Origin: Mobula hypostoma
Lineage: Eukaryota
DNA: 64,000 nucleotides
Reading direction: 5' to 3'
Assembly: GCF_963921235.1 (NCBI RefSeq)
Contig: NC_086097.1
Span: 70,868,001-70,932,000 of the forward strand
Position 1 is the stretch's first letter; each line of letters starts with the position of its first letter. Of the stretch, positions 1 through 11,959 are shown piece after piece. The position numbers and the translations under genes are program-made. The notes under the pieces were generated by a model. The model had not been told where the DNA came from, searched no databases, and worked only from the letters and a program-made list of their open reading frames with translations.

Positions 1-2292
1 ATTCCAAATAAAAAGAGGAAATAAATACACTTCAGAGTTTATTTTTCCCTCAAAGTTTAGAAAAATTGTGCGTATGAACTATGGAGTAATACAATCATGA
101 GCTAATGTAATTGGTACATATGTTCATGTTTTGAAACTTCATATAATAAAATAGCTAAATAAATTTAAATTATAAATTACATAGTTCTGAAAATATTCTT
201 TTGGCTTTTCTTAATTTTGAAGAACAACTAAATAGATTGTGTTACAAGATGAGGATGTAACTTCCAATAAAATATAAGTTAACATGAAAGCTACGAACTT
301 TGTAGGAACTGATCTACAGGGCAGATACCCAGAATGCAGATCAACTTCAGAAAACTAAGCCACCTCATTTGGTAAGAATAGAAAATGTAAAGCAAATATC
401 TTGGGAGATACTTAGGCCACCAAAGAAAATGCCGTTGAAGTTAGTACATGAGGAAAACAATTTTGCTGCTAAAATTTAATTATTGCTTTCAAATTTGTAC
501 TTTGAAAGATAAATTTTTGAACTAAAACATTATTTTGAATGTTTCAATGTTTAGTTATTGAGAAAAATCTTTAAAAGACCATGTAAAAGCAGTAGACAAA
601 AATAGTACCCCAAAACAAGTTACTTATTTTCTCAAAACATTATCTGGTTTGTATATTATTTATAAAATGAAGTGCTGCAGCATGTCTTGGACAATTGAGA
701 TCATAGTTATAAAGAACACTTTCCCTTTGTTATTTGCACCCTGGAACACTGACTGACAAAACCAGAAGAACATAAGATACACAAGTAGAAATTGGCTATT
801 CAGTCCATCATGTCTGCTCTCCTCACAGCTGATTTTATTTTCTCTTTCAAACCCGTTTCAAATCGGAATCGAGAATCAAACCAGAGAAACAGGATGCCAT
901 AAATCTGGAATGATTGCAGTCATGGCATTTCTGATTGGCATGCACAAATAGCATTATCAGACTTTCTGACTTCTTAAGCGTATGTTATTAAGCATTTTAA
1001 ACAGTTGCAGAGTGGTGAGAATCTAGCAACACACACAGAATGCTGGAATCAAGTTTGTAGCAGCATGGTATTACTGTGAGAGCATGGAATGAGCTGATAG
1101 AGGGAAGCTGGATTGTAACTTGAGAGGAATAATCAAGTCCGCTTCTGAATATCACAAACTTAATGCAATAGTGACAGGAAGGAATAAAAACCTAGTTTCT
1201 GTAAAATGAATTTAAACTTTAATCTAATGTATAAATTTTGAGGAACAATGGTAATTTCAGATTTTAAAGATTATATTTTAGCTATAAACTAAATCAGGGT
1301 TCTCAGTTACTTTTATAAGTGCAACATTTTGAATTAGAAATTTATTTTAGACTTCTGCTAATTGCCTTAAAGTAATCTGATATTTACATGTTCTAATGAA
1401 ACTGAGATAACTGTTATGTAATATAATGTCTTGTCCACGTACAATTGCTTTACGTGTTATCCTTGCTCACCTATTTCATGCTTTTATCAAAATAATACCA
1501 GTATGTCAGCATGTAGCATAGAACATCCAATGTAAATATTTATAAAACTAAAAGCCTTCATCAACATTTTATCACATTATTAATGAATCATTGATTTGCT
1601 CAGTAATTTTTGCAAACTTTTCTGCCATCTTTCCTCAATAATTGGTGTGTAATGTACAAAAATGTTAAGCAGAATAACACTATCAACAATGACATAATTC
1701 ACAATGCAGTGATTACATTTATCCATTGAAGTGTCATCCATGTCTTTGAACACTTTTGTTAAAAAAAATTACACAAAGGCCTCAGCCTTTTCCAAAAGCA
1801 TAGGGTTAGACTTCAATTTTTGTCATGCTGTGACTATTGATTAAAATTATATTCTGCTGTTTAAGCATGAACAGTATGTACAATTTTCTGGGATAACATC
1901 TAATTAGCTCCAATGGGTACAATGCCACCATTCAGTCTCTACTAATCATATGTGATGGGTTTTCAAAATTATTTTTTGAAAATAGATGACAGGTTTTAAA
2001 TGCTATATTCAAGTACTTTATATCAAGCATTCCTTTAAAACTGAGAAGCCGTGTTTGTGCCACAGAGAGGAGAACAGCAATATCTGTCAGATTTGACAGA
2101 CTACACTGATTATAGTACAGTTTCAGCTCCTTTGCCTTTGACCTTGAGTAATTTACAAAATTTGGACTATGAACATAGTTTAATAAGGAATTAGTTAAGT
2201 ACTGAAAAGGGATAAACGCATCTAAAAACAATGGAGTTGTTGGGGACTTTAACTCCTGCCTATTCAAGGCCATTAAACCAAATTCCAATTGA

Positions 2293-2520
2293 AATAATAA
2301 CAGAAAATGTTGGAAACACTCAGCAGGTATAGTGGTATCTGTGGAAAATGAAATCAAGTTAATGTGTTGAGTTGAAGACCCTTCATCAGAACTGAGAAAG
2401 AGAGGAAAAATAAGTTTGTTTTGTGTTGCAGAGAAAGTAGAACTAAGTGAATCTCAATGATTGATGAAGCCGGAGGTTCTGTAGAGATAAATTGTAGTTA
2501 AAGAGTTAATGGCAGCAGTT
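2293..2520 (-). mobile_element. Degraded Penelope-like element terminal repeat (pLTR)
   Basis: cagaaaatgttggaaacactcagcagg...gacccttcatcagaact, the same family as the pLTRs at 15.5, 55.1 and 63.0 kb; the hammerhead core is decayed. Confidence 0.65.
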
Positions 2521-2535
2521 AAGTTCATTAAACCT

Positions 2536-3032
2536 CAAGACATAGGAACAAAATTAGTCATTGAGTCTGCTCTGCCATTGCATCACGGCTGATTTATTAT
2601 CCCTCTCGACCTCATTCTCCTTCCTTCTTCCCATTTCCTTTGACACCCTTACTGATCAAGAAGCTATCAACCTCTGCTTTAAATATACCCAATGACTTGG
2701 TTTTCACAGCTGTCTGTGGTGATGACTTCCACAGATTCACCACCCTCTAGCTAAAGAAATTCCTCCTTATCTCTGTTTTAAAGGGACATGCTTCTATTCT
2801 GAGGCTATGCCCTCTGGTCCTAGATTTCTCCACCATGGAAAACATCCTCTCCACATCTTCTCTATCTAGGCCTTTTTAATATTTGATAGGTTTCGATGAG
2901 TTCTTTCCCTCCGATCTTTAAACTCCAGTGAGTACCAGAGGCATCAAATGCTCATCATTTGTTAATCCTTTCATTCCTGTGATCAATCTCGTCGATCTCT
3001 TTGGACCCTCTCCAATGACGACACTTTCTTTT
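2536..3032 (-). mobile_element. CR1 LINE 3' fragment
   Basis: Typical CR1 3' end on the minus strand (ccacagattcaccaccctctagctaaagaaattcctcc); closely similar to 48372-49471. Confidence 0.85.
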
Positions 3033-3035
3033 TTG

Positions 3036-3825
3036 GATTTATTTATTAAATTTACATGTAAATATGCAGTGAAATTTGTCATTTTTGTTAACAACTAACA
3101 CACCTGAGGATGTGATGAGGGCAGCTTGCAGTGTCGTCACACATTCCGGTTCCAACACATCATGCCCACAATGCTTGGCAGAACAACACAGAACACAACA
3201 AGCAACAAAACAACAATACAAAACAAGCCCCTTCCTTCCTACCACCTTCCCAACATACTTACCCACCTTCACAAACAGACAGATCTCCAACTCCAGGACA
3301 AGCCCATTTCTCCAGTCTCCAACCTTCGCTCTCTAGACTTTGGACATTGGATGTCGAATTCTGACATTCTGATTGACCTTTGGGCTTCAAACTTCAGTAT
3401 TGACCCCTGGACTAGCCAATGACAAGACCCTGAGCTCCAGGCTCGAACTCTGGGCTCGCCAACTCACCAGCCCTTGTTCCTCTTCGTGCCTCCTGCTCAC
3501 ATAGGCATCCAATCCTGGGACTCGCAGGCCTGTCACAGCCCAAATTCCACAAATGTTCCTTATCACCTGTCCATATCCTTGGCCTTCAAGCTCAGAGCGA
3601 AGGCCAAGACTCCAGATGTTCTTCGTTCCCATGTCAACATCATTAGACTTTAAACATGGAGTAGGGGCCTCACCTCTAACTCCTCCAAGTCCCTGTCCTT
3701 AAACCCTAATCTGACCCCAACCCCAACCCTAACCAGATGCCTAACTCCACTCTCTGTCCCCAGAACTATTTTTATCAGCTCAGTATGAGCCACAATCACA
3801 ACAGCAACCACGGCTTGGCACCACC
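3036..3825 (-). repeat. Non-coding interspersed repeat, probably a LINE-tail-derived non-autonomous element
   Basis: gggcagcttgcagtgtcgtcacacattccggttccaacac motif of the kind found at fish Rex1/L2 3' ends, followed by CA-rich low-complexity sequence; no credible ORF. Confidence 0.4.
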
Positions 3826-3959
3826 TTGATTGTAATTGACCATTACAGATGATAGTGTAAAGGAATATGCAATGTTGAGAAATGCAGGGATGTTGTGCAT
3901 GTCAAGTGGGCCGGACTGTTTCACAGAAAAAAAAACTTAAAGCAAAAAGGACTACATCT

Positions 3960-4740
3960 GTAACATAAATCAATTTACCTTTATCAATATCAATTTCAGA
4001 AGGCTGTAATGTATCAGTCAAGTGCTGTTCTTCAAACTTGCTTTGGATCTTGTTATAATAGTGCAGGAGGTCATAAGGGGAGGAATCAGATTAGGAATAG
4101 GATGGAGAATTAAAGTTGTCACTTTCATTTCTGTATTGGTTTAAAGATTTTAAAGATCATTGTTTCCTTATTCACAGTTTTTATGGAAAAAATTGAACAG
4201 GTGTTGCTCCATCTGGTTTCATATTTTCCTCCCATTCCTCAACTACTCTAATGTAGTAATCTCCAATAAGATGCTATTGACCAAGCTCTCCCTTTCTTTT
4301 AATAACTCCTGTAACTTCTCCACTTGAATCTTGAATGCTGTACAGCATTTATTCTGGAGGTCCATTCGCTGAAAATTTGACGGTCTCTCAGAGAAGCTAC
4401 CACTGTGTCTTAAAATAGGGGTCCAGGCAAAGAGAATGGTGAGATCGGTTGGAATACTCACTGGCCCTCAAGCTGTACTGTAAAAGTACTGAATTGGTGG
4501 ATCCTGTGGTTTTTGGTCCCTTTAGTTGCTGTTTTCTGAGTTTGGAGTTTAACTTAAACATCGTCACTCCTGACCACCCTCTTGAGAGTGGATTATTCAC
4601 CTGTTTGTGATGGATGGAGACCTGGTAGTAGCCTGGGTGGGCTCGGATAAGTTGTCTCGGTCAGAAGTTTCATCATTTCTGGAATCTCCGTCACTCCACA
4701 CCAATCCAAAAGAGTTAAAATTTCGCCTACCAATCCTCCA
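3960..4740 (-). mobile_element. Old, internally deleted Penelope-like element (N-terminal remnant plus GIY-YIG C-terminal remnant)
   Basis: 3980-4115 resembles the GIY-YIG C-terminal DNA at 63400-63560. 4243-4461 (IPTDLTIL...FQRMDLQNKC...VEKLQELLKE) resembles the PLE N-terminal IPxGLxI...W...NKCS motif. Confidence 0.4.
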
Positions 4741-5049
4741 CCTATTAATTCTGTTCAATACTGATCAGAGGCTGTAATATGTAACATTCACCACGTTTCA
4801 GTTAATGGCAGATAATCAATGTCACATGTACTCTCTACTCTGATCCTCAATATATTAAAATCATATTGTATAATAACCTAGGATCAAATGCCAAGGTGGT
4901 CATGTAGAATGCATTGCTTAAGGTTATGAAGTTCTTTTAAGTATAATTTTACAGGAATTGCACCTCAAAGCCGCTGGAAGATTCTGGTTTTGACTTTGTA
5001 TTAATCATACCAATAATCACTGGAAGTCTGCTTACAGGAATAGTTTTCA

Positions 5050-5585
5050 TTATTTACTTCAGCGGACAGTGAAGTTCTACAATGGGTAGCCAAAACTGCC
5101 AACACATCACTGACACCAGCCCACCTGCCATCAAGGACATATATACAGAAAGGTGGAAGAGGCCAGTAACATCATGAAGGATCCCACTCACCCTGTTTGT
5201 CCCACTCCCATTATGAGGAAGGCTCTGTTGCATCCATGCCAAGACCACCAGACTCTAAACAGTTACTTTCCCCAAGCAGTACGGCTGATCAACACCTCCA
5301 CCCACTAACCCACCCTCCACACCCCCAACCACCACTACTTTATCATTTCCTGTTAGTCATCTTATGTACAGACATTCCTGTGTCTGGTGTCTCTTTATGG
5401 ACATACAATCAATCTATGTATATATCTATCTTATGTATTTCTGTTTATAGTTTTTTATTATTGTTGTATTCTTTATCTTATTGTGTTTTCTTTGTGCTTC
5501 ATCAGAGCCAGAGTAATGATTATTTCGTTCTCCTTTACACTTACGTACTGGAAATACCATTAAACAATTTTGAATCTTAAATCAA
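5050..5585 (+). mobile_element. Rex1/Babar LINE 3' fragment
   Basis: actgcccaacacatcactgacaccagcc...accaccagactctaaacagttactttccccaagc followed by a ttgaatc-type tail. Confidence 0.75.
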
Positions 5586-6089
5586 GCGTGGACTGGTCAC
5601 AAGATAGTCATTTTTCTTATAAATGTGATGGAATTCCTGGAAGTTAAAACAATTTATTGGCAGGAATGCTTTGTAAAGTAATAACTGAGGGCTGTGACCC
5701 AGTTTTAGATATGTTCAGTGACGCGATAAAATAACATTTTATAAAATAGCAATTTTGGTGGTTGTTTTGTCAAGGCTCACTGAAGCTGCTTAAAAGAGGC
5801 AGCCAGTGATGGCATGCATCTGCCTGAAGTACAGGATGTGTAGTGCATGTAAAATCTTTCAGGAGATTTAACCTTTGTTTTAAATGGCATTATCTTCGGA
5901 TAGGTGAACCAATTTGATTTGGAACTGCATTTGCACCCGTAGATTCAGTACGGAATTTGTGCTAGATTACAAACGTTTGTACATATGGAATGGGAATTTT
6001 CCAAACTGTTGTCCTGTTACGATAATTCCATCACTGGCACTCTATAAATGTCTGAAAGTGAGCTAGCCCAGGCAGATGGCATCAGGAAG

Positions 6090-6420
6090 AAATACAAGAG
6101 ACCGCAGATGTTGGAACCTTGACAAATAAATAAACTGCTGTAAGAATTGGTGGGTCAGGCACCATCTGTGGATAACCGATGTTTTGCCAAGACTCTCCCT
6201 CTGGATTGATAGAGGGGAGATGAGATGAGGAGAAGGGGTGGAGCAAGAGTTGGAAGGTGATTCCTTAATCCAGGTGGTAGTTAGGTGAAGGAGGGAAGTG
6301 TAGAAATAGTGACAGAGGCTGGAATGTGATTGCTGAAGGCAACAAAGAGCTGCTGTTGACAGAATCTAATAGAAAAGGAAGATGGAGCATGGAACAAAAT
6401 TAAGGAGATGTAAAAAGAGT
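6090..6420 (-). mobile_element. Degraded Penelope-like pLTR
   Basis: gcagatgttggaacc...ggtcaggcaccatctgtgg followed by the GA-rich tract seen in the other pLTR copies. Confidence 0.55.
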
Positions 6421-6429
6421 CCAGTGCTT

Positions 6430-7340
6430 TCCCAGGATATATGACAAATAAACTTTTCTTGGGTTTCCAGCCGGGTGCAGGTGTCGATTTTAACTGATGT
6501 TTTAATGATAAACTTTGCCATCTTCATCTGGGGTGATACCTAGGCACATCTAGTCTGGGGGTATATACCCCCGATCATCCATCCTTCCTGATTGGTTAGT
6601 CCTCAACCAGTCAGGTTTCTGCAGTCCCACCTTGTTTGCAGTGGAATTTCAGTTCCTACTTAGAGCAAGCAAGACTTTCATTTTTGTTAAAATTCTTATT
6701 CTCTCGTCCTGTTTTAATGGCTTCCTTCACCAGGCAGTCCAAAAGCCATTGGCGCAGCACAGTATATTTGTGCCATCGAAGTCAATCCTATGGCCATTGC
6801 AAATGCCGTATTCTGCTACCGCCGATTATCTCTGGATAAGCCAAATTGATACACTTACTTTGCTCCTTAGGCAGGTTTCCACCATGCGCCCCTCCTGGCC
6901 GATATACGTTGCTCTGCATTCATAGAAACATAGAAAATAGGTGCAGGAGTAGGCCATTCGGCCCTTCGAGCTTGCACTGCCATTCAGTACAATCATGGCT
7001 GATCATCCAACTCAGAACCGTATACCTGCCTTCTCTCCATACCCCCGATCCCTTTAGCCACAAGGGCCTTATCTAACTCCCTCTTAAATATAGCCAATGA
7101 ACTAGCCTCAACTGTTTCCTGTGGCAGAGAATTCCACAGATTCACCACTCTCTGTTTGAAGAAGTTTTTCCTCATCTCCCCTTTATCCTCAAACTGTGAC
7201 CCCTCGTTCTGGACTTCCCCGACATCGGGAACAATCTTCCTGCATCTAAGCCTGTCCAGTCCCTTTAAAATTTTATTCACAGGGAATCCTGTAAATGCCA
7301 GACGTCCTGAGTCCCAGGTCAACTTTGACCTGCATAAGCT
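6430..7340 (-). mobile_element. Penelope/Poseidon-type PLE 3' part (GIY-YIG endonuclease), interrupted by a CR1
   Basis: Joining across the CR1 gives SGIYRIPCE|CRATYIGQ, a literal GIY-YIG motif. A decayed hammerhead-like motif lies at about 6493-6535. Confidence 0.8.
6923..7274 (-). mobile_element. 5'-truncated CR1 inserted in the GIY-YIG motif
   Basis: ORF segment FFKQRVVNLWNSLPQETVEA; (tagaaaca)n tail; flanking direct repeat ATTCA at 6918-6922 and 7275-7279. Confidence 0.88.
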
Positions 7341-7395
7341 GGGAGTTGAGTTTCCTTACAGCTTTGTGGATGGTACTAATCTGGTAGTTCTTCAG

Positions 7396-7746
7396 GATAC
7401 AAGATATTAAGAGGAATAGATAGAGTGGATAGCCAGCGCCTCTTCCCCAGGTCACCACTGCTCAATACAAGAGGACATGGCTTTAAGGTAAGGAGTGGGA
7501 AGTTCAAGGGGGATATTAGAGGAAGGTTTTTTTACTCGGAGAGTGGTTGGTGTGTGGAATGCACTGCCTGAGTCAGTGGTGGAGGCAGATACACTAGTGA
7601 CGTTTAAGAGACTACTAGGCAGGTATATGGAGGAATTTAAGGTGGGGGCTTATATGGGAGGCAGGGTTTGTGGGTCGGCACAACATTGTGGGCTGAAGGG
7701 CCTGTACTGTGCTGTACTATTCTATGTTCTATGTTCTATTTTCTAT
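7396..7746 (+). mobile_element. CR1 3' fragment
   Basis: FFTRRVVGVWNALPESVVEADT, followed by a (ttctatg)n tail. Confidence 0.88.
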
Positions 7747-8574
7747 GATACTGGTGATCCAAAGGAGATAAAGTGGGCAGATGGGAACAATAGGGTGAGG
7801 TCACCCAGTGGGAGCATTATGTGACAAATGGGCAGATGGAATGTGTGGAGGAGGCGAAAGAAAAATGCAGTGGGGGGGGGATCTCCATCTCACCCAACCT
7901 AGTAGGGTTCTCCCACTGCCATTCCCTCTAATGTCCCATCAGATTCTATCATTATCTGGAGCCCTTTTCTGCCTGCACTTTTCACCATCAGAACCATGAG
8001 CAATTTACAGTTGCTCTTCTTAGCTACATCTGCAGACTTCTACAAGATAGCCATCTTCCAGCCTTGGCAATAGTCATGGAAGGAAAATTATCTGGAATGG
8101 CTGTGAAAGACAGGCACTAAGGGTATGCTCCTGGATGATTAGCCAGTGGTTGTGAAGTTTTGCTATTGTTTGCCTGTATAAGAGGGTTTGACATGTTGGG
8201 TTGTTTTCTTCAGGATTGAATTTCAAGTGGGCATTACCAACAGACAAGTGGTAACATAGGAACTCTCTCACTAAGAGGACTTAGCCTTTGTCACTTCACA
8301 TGGAAGTGTGTATTGCTGAAAGCAGATCTGATAACTTGCCACTAATGGTTAGAGGGAGGTGTCTAGATGTCATCCTGCAGAACTTGCGGTGAAAAAAAAC
8401 TCAGCCAAGTGCTGAGGGATGGGCAGCTTCAAAATAGTGTACATGTAAGATGGCGTGTTGTTTTTCAGAGATAGGATCTTGTGTGAATGGGAGTTCATTT
8501 TGTAATTGCTGCCCTTGTACTTTTAAGTGATAGACGCTGAGGAAATCTTGTCATCTATTTTTCTGTCATATCGT

Positions 8575-9290
8575 TTTTGAAAGCTTTTCATACAGGGGAC
8601 CTTGGAATTATCTTTCCTCTTCTCAAATTGTGGCTTACCTTCTACCATAGTAGACAGAACCTTTGACTATATCTTATTTATTGCAGCACTGCCCCCACCA
8701 CCACCTCAGAAGCCTCCAATACAATTGGAGTGCTCTATCCAATTTCAGCTTGCTTCAACAAGATTCCACAGCCAGACACACGTTCCCCTTTACTCCCCTT
8801 TCAATATTACCAAGCAGTTGCTCCTTTCATCACTCTCTCTTCTGTTCTTCCCTCCCACATACTACTTCCCACCTCAGAGCACTTCCCATGTGATCACAAG
8901 AGATGCAACACCAGTCCTTTTCCCTCCATTTTTCTCTCCACCCTTAGATCCAAAAAGCCATTCAAGGCGAAACAGAGATTCACCAGCACTTCCAATCTAA
9001 TGCACTGTATTCTATGTTCACAATGTGATGTTCTCTACCTTAGAGAAACCAATCCCAGATTGGATGATTGTTTTGCAGACCACCTGTATTCAGTCTGCAG
9101 AGATGACCCTAATCTTCTAGTCACTGCCTCTTTCATTCTCTATCCCACTCCCAACTGACCTTTCAGTCTGAGGCTTCTTGCGATGTTACAACAAGGCCCA
9201 GAGAATGCTTCAGGAACTTCTCAGCTTCCATCTGGGCATGTTGTGTCCTTCCAAACTCAATACCAAATTTTGCAATTTAGGTAAATTTCT
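8575..9290 (+). mobile_element. Degraded Neptune-type PLE (GIY-YIG region)
   Basis: ORF 8730-9158: FPCDHKRCNTSP...FTSTSNLMHCILCSQCDVLYLRETNPRLDDCFADHL. Confidence 0.8.
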
Positions 9291-9689
9291 CTTTCGCTTT
9301 CTTTTAGAAATTACTCTTTCTGCCAGTTATCCATCTCTGATTTTGGCTCAGTTTTTCTCTCACCATCAATATAGTCTGACATTCTGGGCTTATGTCATGA
9401 TCCTGCTGTTAGAAACACACAATATAGACAAATAATCATAATGTGCTTTTACCTGTCACATTAATCCATTTGATCTCACACTGTCAGAGGTATTCCCTTT
9501 GTTCTACCCATCTCTCCTTCACCTCTGTTACTACAATCTAAGATCCTCTCTCTTTTTCCAATAAATGTTTTTGTACCTGAATGTTAACTCTTGTTTCTTC
9601 TCCTGTATGACTATCCAGTGTTTTCAGCATTTTAAAATTCTGATATCAGGCCTCCAGCATCCGTATTTCTTTTTTGCATTCTCCGTAAC

Positions 9690-10685
9690 CTCTACTATCT
9701 TCAATGGGATCCTATCCCTAAACATGTATTTCCCACCCTCCACATCCCCGCCCCACTCTTCACTTTCAGCTGGGTTCTCTCTTTACGTAACTCCGTTGTC
9801 CATTTATCTCTTCCCACTGATCTCCAACCTGGCATTTACCACTGCAAGCATGAGAAATGCTACACTTCCTTCTTCACCACCACTCAGGACCCCAGACCGT
9901 CCTTCCAGGTGAGGCAACACTTCACCTGCAAGTATCTTGGGGCCATTTATTGTATCTAGTACTCCCAGTGAGGTCGCCTTTAAATCAGTGAGACCCAATG
10001 TCGATTGGGCATCTTCATTGAGCACCTCGCTTCTGTCTGTCATAACAGGCAGGGTTTCCTGGTGCTCATCTATTTTAATTCTACTTCCCATTCCCATTCC
10101 AACATGTTGGTACTTGACCTCCTCTCCTGTCACAATGAAGCCACTCTCAAGTTACAGAGTAACACCTCATATTCTATCTGAATAGACTCCAACCTGCCGG
10201 CAGGAACATTGATTTATCTAACTTCTGGTAACTTTTCTCCTCCGCCGTCTCTCTTTTTCCAATTCTCAATCTGGCTTCCCTCTCATTCCTTCTCTTCTCC
10301 TCACCTGCCCATCACCTCCCTCTAGTGCTCCTACTCTTTCCCTTTCTCCCACGGTCCACTCTCGTCTCCAATTAGATTCCTTCTTCTTCAGCCCTTACTC
10401 TTTCTACCTATCACCTACCAGCTTCTCACGTCATTCCACTTTCCCCCTCGCATCCACCTTCCCCTTCACCTGGCTTCACCTATCACCTCCAGCTTGTACT
10501 TCTTTGCCTCCCCTCATCTTCTTATTCTGGCTTCTTCCCCTTATCTTTCAAGTTCTGATGAAGAGTTTTGGCCTGAAGCATCAACTATTTATACCCCTCT
10601 ATAGATACTACCTGACTTGAGTTCTTCCAGAATTTTGTAAGTATAGCTCTGTATTCTAGTGTCAGCATAATCCCTTGTTTCTATG
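9690..10685 (+). mobile_element. Degraded Neptune-type PLE 3' part plus pLTR
   Basis: ccttccaggtgaggcaacacttcacctgc homologous to 63700-63735; CT-rich tract; decayed hammerhead motif ctgatgaagagttttggcctgaagc at about 10555-10580. Confidence 0.8.
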
Positions 10686-11959
10686 TTGTACTGTTTTTTT
10701 TTTGATTTTCACATATCTAGAGATGGTGACTATATCACCACCTCCCCCAGCTCTTTGTCACCATCAGTCATTCCTTCTCTTTTCCTCCAGCTCCTGTGAG
10801 GCTATAGTTGTACTGTCAGTCTGGAATAGCAAAGGAAACAGTGCATCACAATAAAACAGTCGAGCCACTGAAGTGTAACTTCGGATTTGCTGGGATTGGT
10901 CTAAGCAACACAAACTTTGAAGGACACCGATTACTTGGTGTGTTTTTTTTCCCATTGTTCTTCTGTGCTGGGCAGGACTTACAGGAGCCCAAACTGGAGG
11001 AGCGAGCTAAAGATTTGAAAGCTGGGCTTTGTCCTATAAGTCTAGTGCAGAACAATTGAAATGTGAAAATATTGGCAAACAGTCTTAAAATGAATGAACC
11101 CTGAAATGATCCCAGCTGTGTTGCTCTAAAGGTACAGATCTTTGGCATTGATCACAGACCTTTTGAACCTTAAGAAAGTGAGAGGCTCTTCTGTTAATGA
11201 TCAGCTTGGAGATGACAGGAGGAGCCCCTAATGTTACAGGGTGCAATCAATCATTTGTTGAATCGTCTGTGAAGAGGTGCATTCACCTCTCCTTGCTCAG
11301 TGGGCCTTATTCACATCTTGAGTAAGACAGTGGACTACGAACTACAGGACATTGCTGATGTATCAGCTCATGCCTGGAATGCTCCCGGCCAATGTGGTCA
11401 AGACCACTGTGACATTTATCTAAAAAGGGAAAAATGTCCAGGCATAGAAACGTAGGTTTATTACTGCCTGCAGAAAGTGACATGTGGGATTGACAACTTG
11501 CCTTCAGAAGCTTGGCCTAAGAATAAGCTGCACACAGCCACACTGTACTTAAAGAAAAATGGGTTTTAGTTCTTTTAGTCAAATCCATTTCCCCTTCTCT
11601 CAACCTCTAACAAGAAAGCTGTGGCTTTAGGCAATGCTTCTTGTGGCCATGGTTATGCTGGAGGTCCATTGGAGGCACCAATAAGGCCCTCAGATTCAGC
11701 AAGAATCTCATGGCCCTCATCTCACTAACAACACAAAGAAAATGTGTAACCCTGGCATTTGCAATGTGCAGGTCAATAGAGTATATTCAGCAAACTTCGG
11801 GGAAAGCTTGCACATTACCAGGGTCTTTTTATATGCTGTAAGTCTGTGGCTTCTAGTAGGTGTTCAGACGTTATTTTTTGTACATCATCTTCACTGTGTG
11901 TTAGCATGTGCACGTTCCATCATGAGGTGACAGGTGTCCAATAAGCATTGCACAATCAG

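Noticed and set aside
1932..2357. 141-aa minus-strand ORF
   Set aside because: No recognisable domain, non-ATG start, and it begins inside a pLTR; probably a chance ORF.
3700..3735. Telomere-like CCCTAA/CCCCAA run
   Set aside because: Only a few degenerate units inside an interspersed repeat; not an interstitial telomere array.
4590..4730. Minus-strand ag...cag/gtgaat exon-like stretch
   Set aside because: The acceptor lacks a pyrimidine tract, the peptide is unrecognisable, and the region is better explained as a PLE N-terminal remnant.
10760..11950. 1.2-kb unassigned segment with a faint PNV-QGAI (Harbinger transposase-like) word near 11227
   Set aside because: The similarity is too short and frameshifted to support a call; no exon signals or PKD homology.
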